Source: Octopus vulgaris (Eukaryota). From it: DNA of 64,000 bases. A model generated the notes under the pieces. The model did no database searches, was not told the origin of the DNA, and saw only the letters and a program-made list of their open reading frames with translations. Shown piece after piece: positions 1-13,310 of the stretch (the first letter of the stretch is position 1; each line of letters starts with the position of its first letter). The stretch lies in contig OX597834.1 in NCBI GenBank assembly GCA_951406725.2, forward strand, positions 5,642,001 through 5,706,000. The letters are read 5' to 3'. A program made the translations under genes and the position numbers.

Positions 1-1646
1 TTCTTTGTCATCCGATATTTTTCGTACCATATCAAAAGTAACAGACTAATGGAATAGCGAAAACAAATTCCATACATCTATATATACATGCGTACATACA
101 TTTATAAATGTATACATACAAACATTTGCACATATATATGCATGTATGTGTGTGTGTGCAGGCATGTATGCACCAATGCTTTTGATTCGAAGGTATACCG
201 TGCTAGTGATAATAAATATTCAACCTTTAATTTACTATCTGAACTACCTACCACGAATGAATTATATATGCAAATCGGATTATGCGATTTAAATTAAGCC
301 GTAAATACTACTGAGTTTATAAGTAGTATCAGTGTAGACAGTTAAAGAGAGTTCCTATTGCCAAAGAAAGTGGAATCTTGTTTGAGTGATTCTTCTTTTT
401 CATCCACCAAAAAGTTATATAAAGACGTGTACATTTATAGATTGCAAATAGGGTTGGTTAAAATCTACAAGGAGAATTGTTGTAAATCTATGTGCTGCCC
501 TTGTGGCAAATTAAATGAAAGAAAGTAGCTTGTAAGAGGTTTTAGTGCCTCCTTCTTCTAAGAGGTTTGAAACCTCATATTGATTTTTAAAAATAGAAAA
601 TATGTTTTCGAGAAAAATCCAATCGGCGGGTGTTGGGTTTCGTCTCTCATGTATTCATTTTATTTCATTTTCATTAATGTGTTTGTTCACACAATCTTTA
701 TACTGTCTATATGACAAATTTTATGAAATAAAGTATAAGATTGAATCAAATACTGTTAACACTCCAGTAATTCATACAATTTTAGCCCCTCTGTGTAAAT
801 GATAAATAGGGACACCATAGATTTTTATGACGTTGTGGTGAGAAAATCGGATTCATTTTGAATACTGTCGCTTATAGGTGGGTATTATCAGCGAAAAAAT
901 ATTCATTCTGCCTCTTTGTGCATAGTTCAACAGATTTTCATCATCGCGTGTACAAATTGAGCCTTTATGTAAAAGTTTCCTAATCGTGCATTTGCCAACA
1001 CGTGGATTAAGTCATCCTTTCATACCTATATACAATCATCTCTTCTCCGCGATTTTGACAATTTGAAGTTCCAGAGACAGGTTTGTTTTAGATAAATACA
1101 CACTTTGAACCACACAGTGAACTGTAAAAAAAAGAGGTGACATTTCAGTATGCATTTTTCATTGGGTTGAGAAAATCAATCTGAACTAGTCTTCTTAAAT
1201 CATCATAATCTATGGAGAAATTAGAATCTTTTAGTTATTTATAGACTTTACGAACGAATCCTCAGCAAAAAAAAACTAATTTCTTTATCAGGGTATTTGC
1301 TGATGTCAATCATTAATTAATCCATTCGTAGCGCACTGAATATTGCTTCTGAATAATTTCAAGTGTTAGATATACTTTTTAAAAATAAATAAGCAATTTT
1401 AGTCTCGATTTAAAAGGTAATCTTATCAGTTACAGAGCAAGTTATTTTTATCGATGCTTAGAGAAAAAAAATGGAATAGATCCCATTATAATCTAGATTT
1501 CTTTGAACTTCATGAGGGAAAGAAAACATGCTGCAAAGTTACTTGTAAACATCGAAACTATCCTCCAGAGGAAATTGGAATATGCCAATCTTGTTTCTAT
1601 CTCACACATCTGGACTGTTCTGCTTCTGCACGTATAGATATCCTGA

Positions 1647-2025
1647 CGGCACAATGGCCCAGTGGTTAGGGCAGCGGACTCGCGGTCATAGGAACGTGGT
1701 TTCGATTCCCAGACCGGGCGTTGTGAGTGTTTATTGAGCGAAAACACCTAAAGCTTCACGAGGCTCCGGCAGGGATGGTGGTGATCCCTGCTGTACTCTC
1801 TCACCACAACTTTCTCTCACTCTTACTCCCTGTTTCTGTTGTACCTGTATTTCAAAGGGCCGGCCTTGTCACTCTCTGTGTCATGCTGAATATCCCCGAG
1901 AACAACGTTAAGGGTACACGTGTCTGTGAAGTACTCAGCCACTTACACGTTAATTTCACGAGCAGGCTGTTCCGTTGATCGGATCAACCGGAACCCTCAT
2001 CGTCGTAACCGACGGACTGCTTCCA
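1647..2025 (+). mobile_element. tRNA-derived SINE, family C head with tail type 1
   Basis: A-box TGGCCCAGTGG, B-box-like GTTTCGATTCC; 13-bp TSD atagatatcctga at 1634-1646 and 2026-2038; head shared with 9780 and 10428, tail shared with 18535 and 19801. Confidence 0.88.
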
Positions 2026-2340
2026 ATAGATATCCTGAACGTTTCGAAGAATTCACCGCAGACTTATTGGTATGAAGTTACTCGCACAAACACCCTAGCC
2101 TATACCCATTCTTTCAAAAATAAACGCGATTTTAGTTTCAGAAGAAACTGAATAGAGTGGCTCCAGCACGTCAGTAGAAAGCTTGGGATCTACTTGAGGA
2201 GTGTAGAGCATATTGAGACATTGGTTAAAGAAAAAAACATCGCCCAGATTCTCTTTACGTTTTTACACAGTGACTACAAATTTACACTTATTAAAATATA
2301 TTCCGCTAGTTTCAAATTCCTAAAAAAAACTCGTCTAAAA

Positions 2341-2669
2341 CAGTATTTCTCAACCATTTTTTTACCTGTGGACCCTTTGATTGCTATTTTATTCTGGTGG
2401 ATCCACATAGCCAATCAGTGTTTCAAAACTGGTTTTATAGATGCAAAACTAGTTTTATAGATGCAAAACTAGTTTTATAGATACAAAATTAAATTCTGTA
2501 GGTTGAACTATGTAACACATTAAAGAAAGAAACGTAGCTATTTCATATTATATACACATCTGTAGAAGAACATTTTAATGAAGCGTTAAAATAATACTGT
2601 GGACCCAAATTACTATTTTGCTTGTGTGGATACCCAAAACTTTATATGGATCCCAGTTGAGAATCAGTG
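2341..2669. mobile_element. Degenerate hAT (Charlie-like) MITE
   Basis: Imperfect TIRs cagtatttctcaac / gttgagaatcagtg; internal ggaccc motifs; no clean TSD. Confidence 0.6.
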
Positions 2670-2914
2670 TTGCAAACCAATGGAATCACTCCGCTAACAT
2701 GTGTAATATTATGTAATAATCGCTCTTTGATAAAAAGATTTAAGGACATTAGAAATTTGTCATATCGAACCTTTACTTTTTTCTTGCGTAGAGATAAAGC
2801 CTGAGCTATAACAACTTTGTCTAGTTTTCACGTAATGAGGGAAATTGTATATTTATTAAGAAAGGTATACCTTGCATTTCACATGATCCAGAAAGAACGT
2901 TATGCACTAGCAAC

Positions 2915-3007
<93 letters not shown>

Positions 3008-3109
3008 TATATATAACTTACTTGCATACAAACATATAATATATACATGTATATATATATATAATATGGATGTATATATTTTATACATATATATATGAAT
3101 GTATACGTG

Positions 3110-3146
<37 letters not shown>

Positions 3147-3290
3147 GTATACATTCATATATATGTGTATCTGTCTCTGCATGTACGTACGTATGTATGT
3201 TTGTATGTATGCATGTGTATGTGTGTGTATGTATGTATGTGTGTGTGTGTGTGTGTGTATGTGTGGCGTACATAGTGTGTATATGTGAAT
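2915..3290. repeat. Compound (CATA)n/(TA)n/(TG)n microsatellite
   Basis: Directly visible; explains the YI/HT/VC ORFs. Confidence 0.95.
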
Positions 3291-3489
3291 GCGTAATCTC
3301 TTATTTCTAGAGAACACAAGAAGGATATTATTAAAGGTTGGTACCCATAAATCAACATTCAATGATTTCATAATTTTTCATGTGGATGAATTTGCGATAA
3401 ATTTCAGAGCAATTTTCACCGGTGAAAGTTTGATAGGCCATATTTTATTGACTTCGAACAATTTTCTGATAGACTTACTTGTTCGTCCT

Positions 3490-4625
3490 TATCATCATCA
3501 TCTGCCTCGCTATTTAATGTTGTCATCGATGATTTTCATGATCATCAACACAATTTTCATCATCATCCTCATCATCATCATACTCACCAACACCACCATC
3601 CTCATCATCGTCATCGTAGTCGTCATCATCATAATCATCTTCATCATCTTCGTCATCATCATCCTCATCACCACCACCACCACCATCCTCATCACCACCA
3701 CTACCATCCTCATCACCACCACCATCCTCATCATCGTCATCGTAGTCGTCATCATCCTCATCATCATCATCATCATCATCTTCGTCATCATCATCCTCAT
3801 CACCACCACCACCACCATCCTCATCACCACCACCACCATCCTCATCATCGTCATCGTAGACGTCATCATCCTCATCTTCATCATCTTCGTCATCATCATC
3901 CTCATCACCACCACCACCATCCTCATCACCACCACCACCATCCTCATCACCACCACCACCATCCTCATCACCACCGCCACCATCCTCATCATCGTCATCG
4001 TAGTCGTCATCATCGTCATCACCTTCATCATCATCGTCATCATCATCCTCATCACCACCACTACCATCCTCATCACCACCACCACCATCCTCATCATCGT
4101 CATCGTAGTCGTCATCATCGTCATCACCTTCATCATCATCGTCATCATCATCCTCATCACCACCACTACCATCCTCATCACCACCACCACCATCCTCATC
4201 AGCGTCATCGTAGTCGTCATCATCGTCATCACCTTCATCATCGTCATCATCATCCTCCTCACCACCACCACCACCTTCATCACCACCACTACCATCCTCA
4301 TCACCACCACCACCATCCTCATCGTCATCATCGTATTCGTCATCATCATAATCATCATCATCATCATCCTCATCATCATCCTCATCACCACCACCACCAT
4401 CCTCATCATCGTCATCGTAGTCGTCATCATCCTCATCACCTTCATCATCTTCGTCATCATCATCATCATTGCCGTCATCGTCGTCGTCGTCGTCGCGGAC
4501 ATCATCCTCATCACCATCATCATCATCATCGTCATCATAGCTTTCGTTATCACCATCAACTTCATCATTAACTTCCTTTTCTTATCTTCTTCCTCTTCTT
4601 CTCATCCTCCTCGTCCTCATCAACA
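3490..4625. repeat. Degenerate (ATC/ACC)n trinucleotide array with higher-order units
   Basis: catc/cacc triplets with recurrent block atcctcatcatcgtcatcgtagtcgtc about every 100-150 bp. Confidence 0.92.
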
Positions 4626-4671
4626 GCATTTTATACGTGTAAGATATTTTAGTTTACGTATACGAAGATAT

Positions 4672-5072
4672 TCTAATTAATTATAAATTGGAAATGGGCG
4701 ATCGTTGTATTCTTTCTTGTCTTGAGGTTCACAGCCAAACGGCCGGGTGGATTCACGTGACAAATGGCACACATGTGGAGACGGGTGCATAGATTGGAAT
4801 GCGGTTTGAATTTTTCCCCTAGTCTCCATATTTACCAAGAAAATCGATTAAAACTTTTCTAATGGAATACCCCTCTTTCTTCCGCCATTAAAACAACCCG
4901 TTGCTCAGGAGCTGTTTTCTGGAAAGTTTCATATAGCTGGAGGCTCAAATCGAAACAGGGGACCCAAAATGATAAGGTTCAGAAACACTGGTATAGATTA
5001 TGCCAAACCGAAAACGATCACAACCGCATCATCCAAACAGACCGGGTGAAACCGGGCTTAGCTGCTTGCTAG
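4672..5072 (+). mobile_element. Non-autonomous Helitron-like element
   Basis: 3' hairpin ccgggtgaaaccggg (5042-5056) followed by CTAG|T at 5069-5073; 5' end TC..ttataaa and internal cacagccaaacggccgggtggatt resemble Lep1-type non-autonomous Helitrons (recalled). Confidence 0.6.
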
Positions 5073-5319
5073 TTATAAATTGGCCTCTGCTGAATCGAAA
5101 AGAATCGATAGTTTAACAATCGATCCTTGTCAGGGGAAACAATTGTCAATTAAAATTAGCTAAAAATAGAATAAACTGTAGAAGAGGGTGGAACTTAATC
5201 CTTCCTTGGTTGGGTGGTGACAACTTGGGCAAATTCGGCTTTATTAAGCTCCTTCAGCAAGTTACAGCTTTTACATGTACTGGCAAATAAAAGCTGACCT
5301 CATGATGGTCCCACACCAC

Positions 5320-5860
5320 GCTTGACAAGCTGTGTTGGTGTGTTTAGGTCCCCGTAACTTAGCGGTTCGACAAAAGAACATAAGTATTTCATCTGCCGTT
5401 ACGTTCTGAGTTCAAATTCCGCCGAGGTCGACTTTGCCTTTCATCCTTTCGGGGTCGATAAATTAAATACCAGTTACGCACTGGTGTTGATGTAATCCAC
5501 TTAATCCGTTTGTCTGTAATTGTTTGTCCCCTCTATGTTTAGCCCCTTGTGAGCAATAAAGAAATAAGAAACTTGCTTCCATGCCACATGGTTCCGGGTT
5601 CAGTTCCACTGCATAACACCTTGGTCAAGCGTCTTTTACTATAGCTTCGGTCCAGCAAATCCTTGGGAGTGGATTTGGTAGACAGAAACTGAAAGAAGCC
5701 CGTCGTATATATGTATATGTATGCATGTGTGTGTGTGTTTGTGTCTGCATTTGGCGATAGAAAAAGTACCGGGGTTGATACAATCGACTAAAAATTCCTC
5801 AAGGCAGTGCCCCAGCATGGCCACAGTCTAGTTCTTTAAACGAGTAAAAGATAAAGATAA
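5320..5860 (+). mobile_element. Chimeric cluster of SINE A and SINE B fragments
   Basis: SINE A tail 5320-5380 fused to headless SINE B body 5383-5567, then a degenerate SINE A head and tail. Confidence 0.8.
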
Positions 5861-6125
5861 AAGTTGTATTCTGATTACTTTAGTTGCTTACCAGGTCTAA
5901 AACAAATTAGCAATGATGAAATACCAGACATCACTGACAAGTCTAAACATTTGTGAAGTGAACCACAATTGGTTTGTAAGAACCAAGAAATGAGAAGCTG
6001 CTTGTCGTTATATGCACTTTGTCCGTACCTGGCTCAGTGGGTTACTCATTACAATGAGTAAAAGACTGTCACACCGGGCTACAACTTCCTATATTTTAAA
6101 TTTCATCGAAATGGATTTAAATATA

Positions 6126-6316
6126 GGGAGAGTTTACGAAAAAAAAAAGGACGAAGACAGGTGGTGTAAAAAACAAACAGATGTATTAGTATAACGCTCA
6201 GGAATAGAAAAAAGTCTTTTACGTTTCGAGCCTACGCTCTTCTACAGAAAAGGACACAGCAAAAACAAGGAGAGAAAAAAATGTGTGTAGTGGCTAACGA
6301 TCTATCATGGCGACTA
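6126..6316 (-). mobile_element. About 190-bp hammerhead-bearing retroelement (Penelope pLTR or retrozyme-like)
   Basis: 12-bp TSD gatttaaatata at 6114-6125 and 6317-6328; second copy at 40078-40270 on +. Confidence 0.8.
6216..6251 (-). ncRNA. Minimal type I hammerhead-like motif (A6>U variant)
   Basis: Minus strand reads TTTT CTGTAGA A GAGC GTAG GCTC GAAA CGT A AAAG: stem I, core, 4-bp stem II, palindromic ACGT stem III, GUA site. Confidence 0.6.
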
Positions 6317-6431
6317 GATTTAAATATATTTGGTTAAAACATCCAGTGTTTTTGCTACAAAAAAATCTCTGATTCTCAAAACGAAATATTACATGTGATA
6401 CACATGCTAATATTCAGTCATTATTTTGAAG

Positions 6432-6592
6432 TGGCGAGCTGGAAGAACGGTTAGCATGCCGGGTGAAATGCTCAGTGGAATTTCATCCGTTTTCATCTGA
6501 GTTCAAATTCCACTGTGGTCCACTTTATTTTTCATCCTTTCGGGGGTCAATAAAATAAGTACCAGTTGAATACTGAGGGTCAATGTAACTGG
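6432..6592 (+). mobile_element. Old SINE B copy
   Basis: ggcgagctgg...gagttcaaattcc...ttcatcctttcggggg. Confidence 0.8.
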
Positions 6593-7539
6593 CTTGAAGT
6601 CAATATTCAGCTATTATTTGAAACAGCTGGAAAGAAATGAAAGATTCTTACTTTGAGGTATCGCCTACGCGATATCATATCCTGCAAAAATTGACTTTTA
6701 TCAACTACCATTGTAAAGTAAATAAGGGCCAACAATAACAAGCCACTTCCCTAAGAATAATCTAGCCCCATTAAGATTAAAGGGGGATTTTATTAAAGAA
6801 GGAATATATATATATTTTCATGCGTAGACTTATATACAACATTGACAGTGTAGTCTTTCAAACACAACTTGAAGAGTGGAAAATGAAATATCCTTTCAAA
6901 AATTAGCAGAAATGATTAAATTTGTTCATAATGTAGGTAAATATAACATATTTTAAAATTAATTTACATCTATATACATTATAAACAAAAATAGTCACAA
7001 ATATAAAATTTGTTTTTATTGACTGCAACCAGTTATAGAATTTTCAACGAAGTTTAGCACAATAATTAAATAGTCATGTGTAGGTTTTCTTCAGGAGAAT
7101 CTATAAAAAAACAAACAGAAAACAATACTGATTATTGTGTACTTGTGAGAATATGTCTATATACATATTGACTACTATATGCATGCATACAAGGAAGCTA
7201 ATTTGAAAAGAACACAAACTACAAGAATAGCCTCCTAAGTTTTATGAAATATAGTGATAAAATTTGACACGCAAGTAAACACTTGCAAATACAAACACAT
7301 ATATAAAATTCTTATTTTGCATTTTGCTGATAAGAATTGATATGAAGTATTGAAGTCCTTGTGGCACTTTATATTTCGGTAACAATAATTTTGTTGATAT
7401 CGGAAGTTTTTTTGTTAGATTGTTTTTTTTTGTTTTTTTTTTATGAAGCGTAAATTTAATAAGGGATACTAGAAGTCCTGGTGAACAAAATTTGAAGATC
7501 AGGAAATAAAGAAACAAAGTTCAAAAAAAGTCCCTATAT

Positions 7540-8510
<971 letters not shown>

Positions 8511-9779
8511 TATGAGTTCGACTGAGTGTTGTGCAGGAAGGTTACTGGAAGGACGAAGAAAGGAAACCAAAGGTATGTGATAAGAATACTACTTGTATTC
8601 TTATTTCATTACAAGGGGCTAAACATAGAGGGGACAAACAAGGACAGACAAAAGGATTAAGTCGATTACATAGACTCCAATGCGTAATTGGTACTTAATT
8701 TATCGACCCTGAAAGGATGGAAAGCAAAGTCGACCTCGAACTTCTTTCAGTTTTTTCTGGATAGGATGCAAACATTTAATACGATGTTTTTGGTTGATAT
8801 TCGTCTGATTTACACCTAATTGGATGATATTAGAGATAAATATCATGAATTTGTCTACTATTTTATCAATCCTCTTTGTAGTGGCCATGTTATTTTTATT
8901 AGGATAGGCAGGAAGCTGTTCTAAGGGACTGAACATTGATTGACACCTGATACTTTCACTGTTGCATTTTTTAAATATTTTTTTGATATGATATTTCCAG
9001 TTGCATAAAAACAAGGAAAATAGCAAAACTTGTTCTAGCAAATATCAGTTGTATACCAAAGTCAAAAATAGTGTTTTTCTATCGACAATCTGGTAAAAAA
9101 TTTTGATCCGAAAAGTTTCCGAAGGAACGTTAAGACGTGGGGAATCAAACTAACCTTTTTGCTAAGGTCCTACTGGCATCTCTAAGTGCATGAAATATAG
9201 ATAATAAAATAAGAAAGAGTCTGAAAATTTTGAGGGGAGCAGCTTGGTTTCCAGCAGTTTTTTGAGGAACTGTGCTACATAGAGGTTATGCCAAACTCTA
9301 TCCGCTTTTAACATCATTGGCAGAGGAATTTCAAAGAAAGAATTCCACTGCCAAATTATTATACGGCGTTCTGCGGATTGCGTTTTTGTAGCGCATTTAC
9401 TCATGTGAAGAGGGGAAAACTTCACTTTTAGAATGTTTTCATTGAAGACACCTTCTTACAATTGAAAGCGGTAATAGATGCGGTGCAGGGCGGCGCATTT
9501 ACAGAGTTGGAACGAATTTGGAATTCGTGGCTATGTCACCAAGGTTAACAAAGGTAGGCAAGAATAAAAAACGTAAGTATAAAAATGAAACCATGGGGAG
9601 AAATGTATATAAAAATAAGGATGAAATAAAATAAAGGTTTAAATTTAGTTCAGAAATGTGAAACCTGAAATGAAAAATACCGACTAATAAAGTATATGAA
9701 AGCTGAATCATTCTGGAATACACATGTGTATCAGTACAGCAGTATTAATCAAGCCATTGTGTATGTAGCGATCACAGGT

Positions 9780-10135
9780 GGAGGTGCAATGGCCCAGTGG
9801 TTAGGGCAGAGAAGTCGCGGTTTCGATTCCCAGACCGGGCGTTGTGTGTGTTTATTGAGAGAAAACACCTAAAGCTCCACGATGCTCCGGCAGTGGGGTA
9901 GTGGTGGCGACCCCTGTTGTACTCTTTCGCCCCAACTTTCTCTCACTCTTTCTTCCTGTTTCTTATCCCCGACTTCCTATGCAAGCGCTGAGCCTGGATG
10001 CGCATTCATCCATCCGTCGATGCTCTCGGTGTCGGGGGGTTGACCTGCTTTCTCTTCTGTGGGTCTTGCGAATAGCAAAGGACCACATTTCGGACCGCTC
10101 GGACCAGACCACTCAACAGCAACAGCAACAGCAGT
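9780..10135 (+). mobile_element. SINE C head with tail type 2 ending in (CAACAG)n
   Basis: Head matches the 1647 copy up to tcttcctgttt, then unrelated 3' sequence. Confidence 0.82.
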
Positions 10136-10390
10136 AGCGCTCACAAATATGAAAACAAAAGAGAAAAACAGATTGCAGAGCGGGTGAAAGTTAAGTATGG
10201 ATCCATTTAATTTGGTTGGAGATAAAAATTTAAATTTTTTTCCGTTGATATTTATGTAAGTGGTGAAGAATTCTTGTGTTTCGACAGCAGAATTACAAAG
10301 GATTTTAAAAACGAGTTTTTTTTCAGCTTTACATACATCACATCTTGCTTTCTCATTGTCTCTCAATAATATACTTTACATCGAAATTGT

Positions 10391-10706
10391 TCTCCCGCTG
10401 GCGCCAGCTATCCTGAGGGAAACATCGGAGGCGCAATGGCCTAGTTGTTAGGGCAGCGGACTCGCGGTCGTAGGATCGCGGTTTCGATTCCTAGACCGGG
10501 CGTTGTGAGTGTTTATTGAGCAAAAACACCTAAAAGCTCCACGAGGATCCGGCAGAGGTGGTGATCCCTGCTGTACTCTTTCACCACTCTTTCTTCTGTT
10601 GGCCTGCTCGCTTAGTCAGCGGGGTGGCGTCATTCGAAGGCTAAAACAATGCGAACGCATTGTGACCAGCGATGTGTAGCAACATCTGATGGTCTAAAAA
10701 AAAAAT
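10391..10706 (+). mobile_element. SINE C head with tail type 3 and a 37-nt 5' extension
   Basis: TSD atcgaaattgt at 10380-10390 and 10707-10717; tRNA head starts at 10428; A-rich end. Confidence 0.85.
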
Positions 10707-11112
10707 ATCGAAATTGTAGCATATTCTTTCAAATGCCCGATGTAATTGAACATTTCTATATATAATTCCTCTCTTCCAAATGTCTCAAAGAAGTATGATT
10801 GAAGTACTGTTGCTTAAATGTAACTAACCACATAATACAATTTTTCCATACTATATCAAAGTCTGGTTGATGGAGGTTACTTATATTTCATGTAAGTTCC
10901 TTTCAGCATTGCGTGACTAATTTGTTGGGTTTGCATTTGGGCTTCTGCTTTACAGGTATTCATTTATATGTGCAATCGAAATACGTTTCAGATTGCTTCT
11001 GTTAAACGTTTTTTCTAAGTCTGTAGCCAGTAAAGGAATGCTTTATCAATTAAGGGTAGGATTTCTGCAGCGATGATGGACTTAACTTTTAATGAAAATA
11101 AAAAAATAAAAC

Positions 11113-11289
11113 AGGCGCAGGAGTGGCTGTGTGGTAAGTAGCTTGCTTACAAACCACATAGTTCCGGGTTCAGTCCCACTGCGTGGCACCTTTTGGGCAA
11201 GTGTCTTCTACTCTAGCCTCGGGCCGACCAAAGCCTTGTGAGTGGATTTGGTAGACGGAAACTGAAAGAAGCCCGTCGTATTAATATAT

Positions 11290-11370
<81 letters not shown>

Positions 11371-11577
11371 ATATGTTTGTGTGTCTGTGTTTTTCCCCAC
11401 AACATCGCTTGACAACCGATGCTGATGTGTTTACGTCCCCGTAACTTAGCGGTTCGGCAAAAGAGACCGATAGAATAAGTACAAAAGTTACAAAAAATAA
11501 GTCCTGGGGACGATTTGCTCGACTAAAGGCGGTGCTCCAGCAAGGTCGCAGTCAAATGACTGAAACAAGTAAAAAGA
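11113..11577 (+). mobile_element. SINE A (tRNA head, CORE-like domain, internal (TA)n(TG)n)
   Basis: aggcgcaggagtggctgtgtgg..gggttcagtcc; CORE-like cactgcgtggcacctt..gggcaagtg; tail gactgaaacaagtaaaa; many copies in the window. Confidence 0.92.
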
Positions 11578-11926
11578 ATATGTAGAAACATTAGCAAAGT
11601 CATGCGCAAATTTCCCAGCATGAATAATACCACATTCATTATTATCAATGTGTTTTAGTGAATTCTAGTGCACTAATTAGTAAAGACTTAGAGGGGCAGA
11701 GGGTTAAAATTCAACCTCGGTAAATTTAGAGTTTATTTTATTATTAAAATGGTGATTATAACTAGGAGCAGTAATTATTAGTTTCAAATTTTGGCATAAG
11801 ACCAGCAATTTCGGGAGAGAGTGGTTAGTCTATCACGCTGACTCCACTGTCCTATTTTATCGACTCCAAAATGATGAAAGACAAAGTCGGCCGTGGCGGA
11901 TTTTGAACTCAGAAGGTAAATACAGA

Positions 11927-12508
11927 AACGCTAGCACAGCGGGCGAAATACTTAGCAGTATTTTGTCTGCCGTTACGTTCTGAGTTCAAATTCCGCTGAG
12001 GTTGACTTTGCCTTTCATCCTTTCAGGGTCGATAAATTAAGTACCAGTTATGCACTGGGGTCGATGTAATCGGCTTAATCCGTTTGTCTGTCCTTGTTTG
12101 TCCTCTCTGTGTTTAGCCCCTTGTGGGTAGTAAAGAAATAGGTATTTCCTTTGCCGTTACGTTCTGAGTTCAAATTCCGCCGAGGTCGACTTTGCCTTTC
12201 ATCCTTTCGGGGTCAATAAATTAAGTATCAGTTACGCATTGGGATCAATGTAATCGGCTTAATCCGTTTGTCTGTCCTTGTTTGTCCTCTCTGTGTTTAG
12301 CCCCTTGTGGGTAGTAAAGAAATAGGTATTTCCTTTGCCGTTACGTTCTGAGTTCAAATTCCGCCGAGGTCGACTTTGCCTTTCATCCTTTCGGGGTCAA
12401 TAAATTAAGTATCAGTTACGCATTGGGATCAATGTAATCGACTCAATCCGTTTGTCTGTCCTTGCTTATCCTCTCCGTGTTTAGCCCCTTGTGGATAGTA
12501 AAGAAATG
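11927..12508 (+). mobile_element. SINE B trimer (184-bp units) nested in an older antisense SINE B (11780-12580)
   Basis: Junctions gaaataggtatttc at 12135 and 12319; 12-bp TSD ggtaaatacaga at 11915-11926 and 12509-12520. Confidence 0.92.
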
Positions 12509-12914
12509 GGTAAATACAGACGAAATGTTGCTAAGCAATTTGCCTGGCGCGCTAACAATTCTGACAGCTCGTCACCAAGCGAGTCAGTAATTATTAGCAA
12601 TTATTAGCGTTAAACATGTTCTATTACTTGGCCTCTTTGTTCCAGCTCAAGAAAGTAAATTATATGATCTGAGTCACCATCTTTTGGTCAAATTCGGCTA
12701 TACTGTTTATAATGTATAAAACTGGTTGATCTCTGTGTAGAAACTGTCAGAAGAGATAGATGTAGGTAAAATGCTGTCAAGATCATACTATGCTTCGAGC
12801 ATGTTTGCCCGCTTTGTAAGATGAAAGAATGAGTGCTACAGTACGATCATCATCATCATCATCATCATCATCAATAATAATAAAAATAAAAATAATAATA
12901 ATAATAATAATAAT

Positions 12915-13310
12915 CTTTTCTACTAAAGGCACAAGGCCTGAAAATTTGAGGAAAGAGTAAGTCGATTACATCGACCCCAGTACTTAACTGGCTTTTAATT
13001 TATCGACCCCGAAAGGATGAAAGGCAAGGTTGACCTCGGCGGAATTTGAACTCAGAACGTAGCGGCAGATGAAATACCTATTTCTTTACTACCCACAAGG
13101 GGCTAAACACAGAGGGGACAAACAGGGACAGACAAATGGATTAAGTCGATTACATCGACCCCCAGTGCGTAACTGGTACTTATTTAATCGACCCCGAAAG
13201 GATGAAAGGCAAGGTTGACCTCGGCGGAACTTGAACGCAGTACGTAAAGATAGACGTATTTCGGCTAAGCATTTTGCCCGGCGTGCTAACGATTCTGCCA
13301 GCTCTCCGCC
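12915..13310 (-). mobile_element. SINE B heterodimer (two different tails)
   Basis: Head at 13310, junction gaaatacctatttc at ~13071-13084; left unit ends in a different tail (aggcacaaggcctgaaaattt). Confidence 0.88.

Noticed and set aside
1648-1720. tRNA gene-like sequence (also at other SINE heads)
   Set aside because: It continues into a SINE body with a TSD and lacks a complete cloverleaf
3289-4680. 463-aa Ile/Thr ORF and 352-aa Met/Val ORF
   Set aside because: By-products of the (ATC)n array, which lacks stops in these frames
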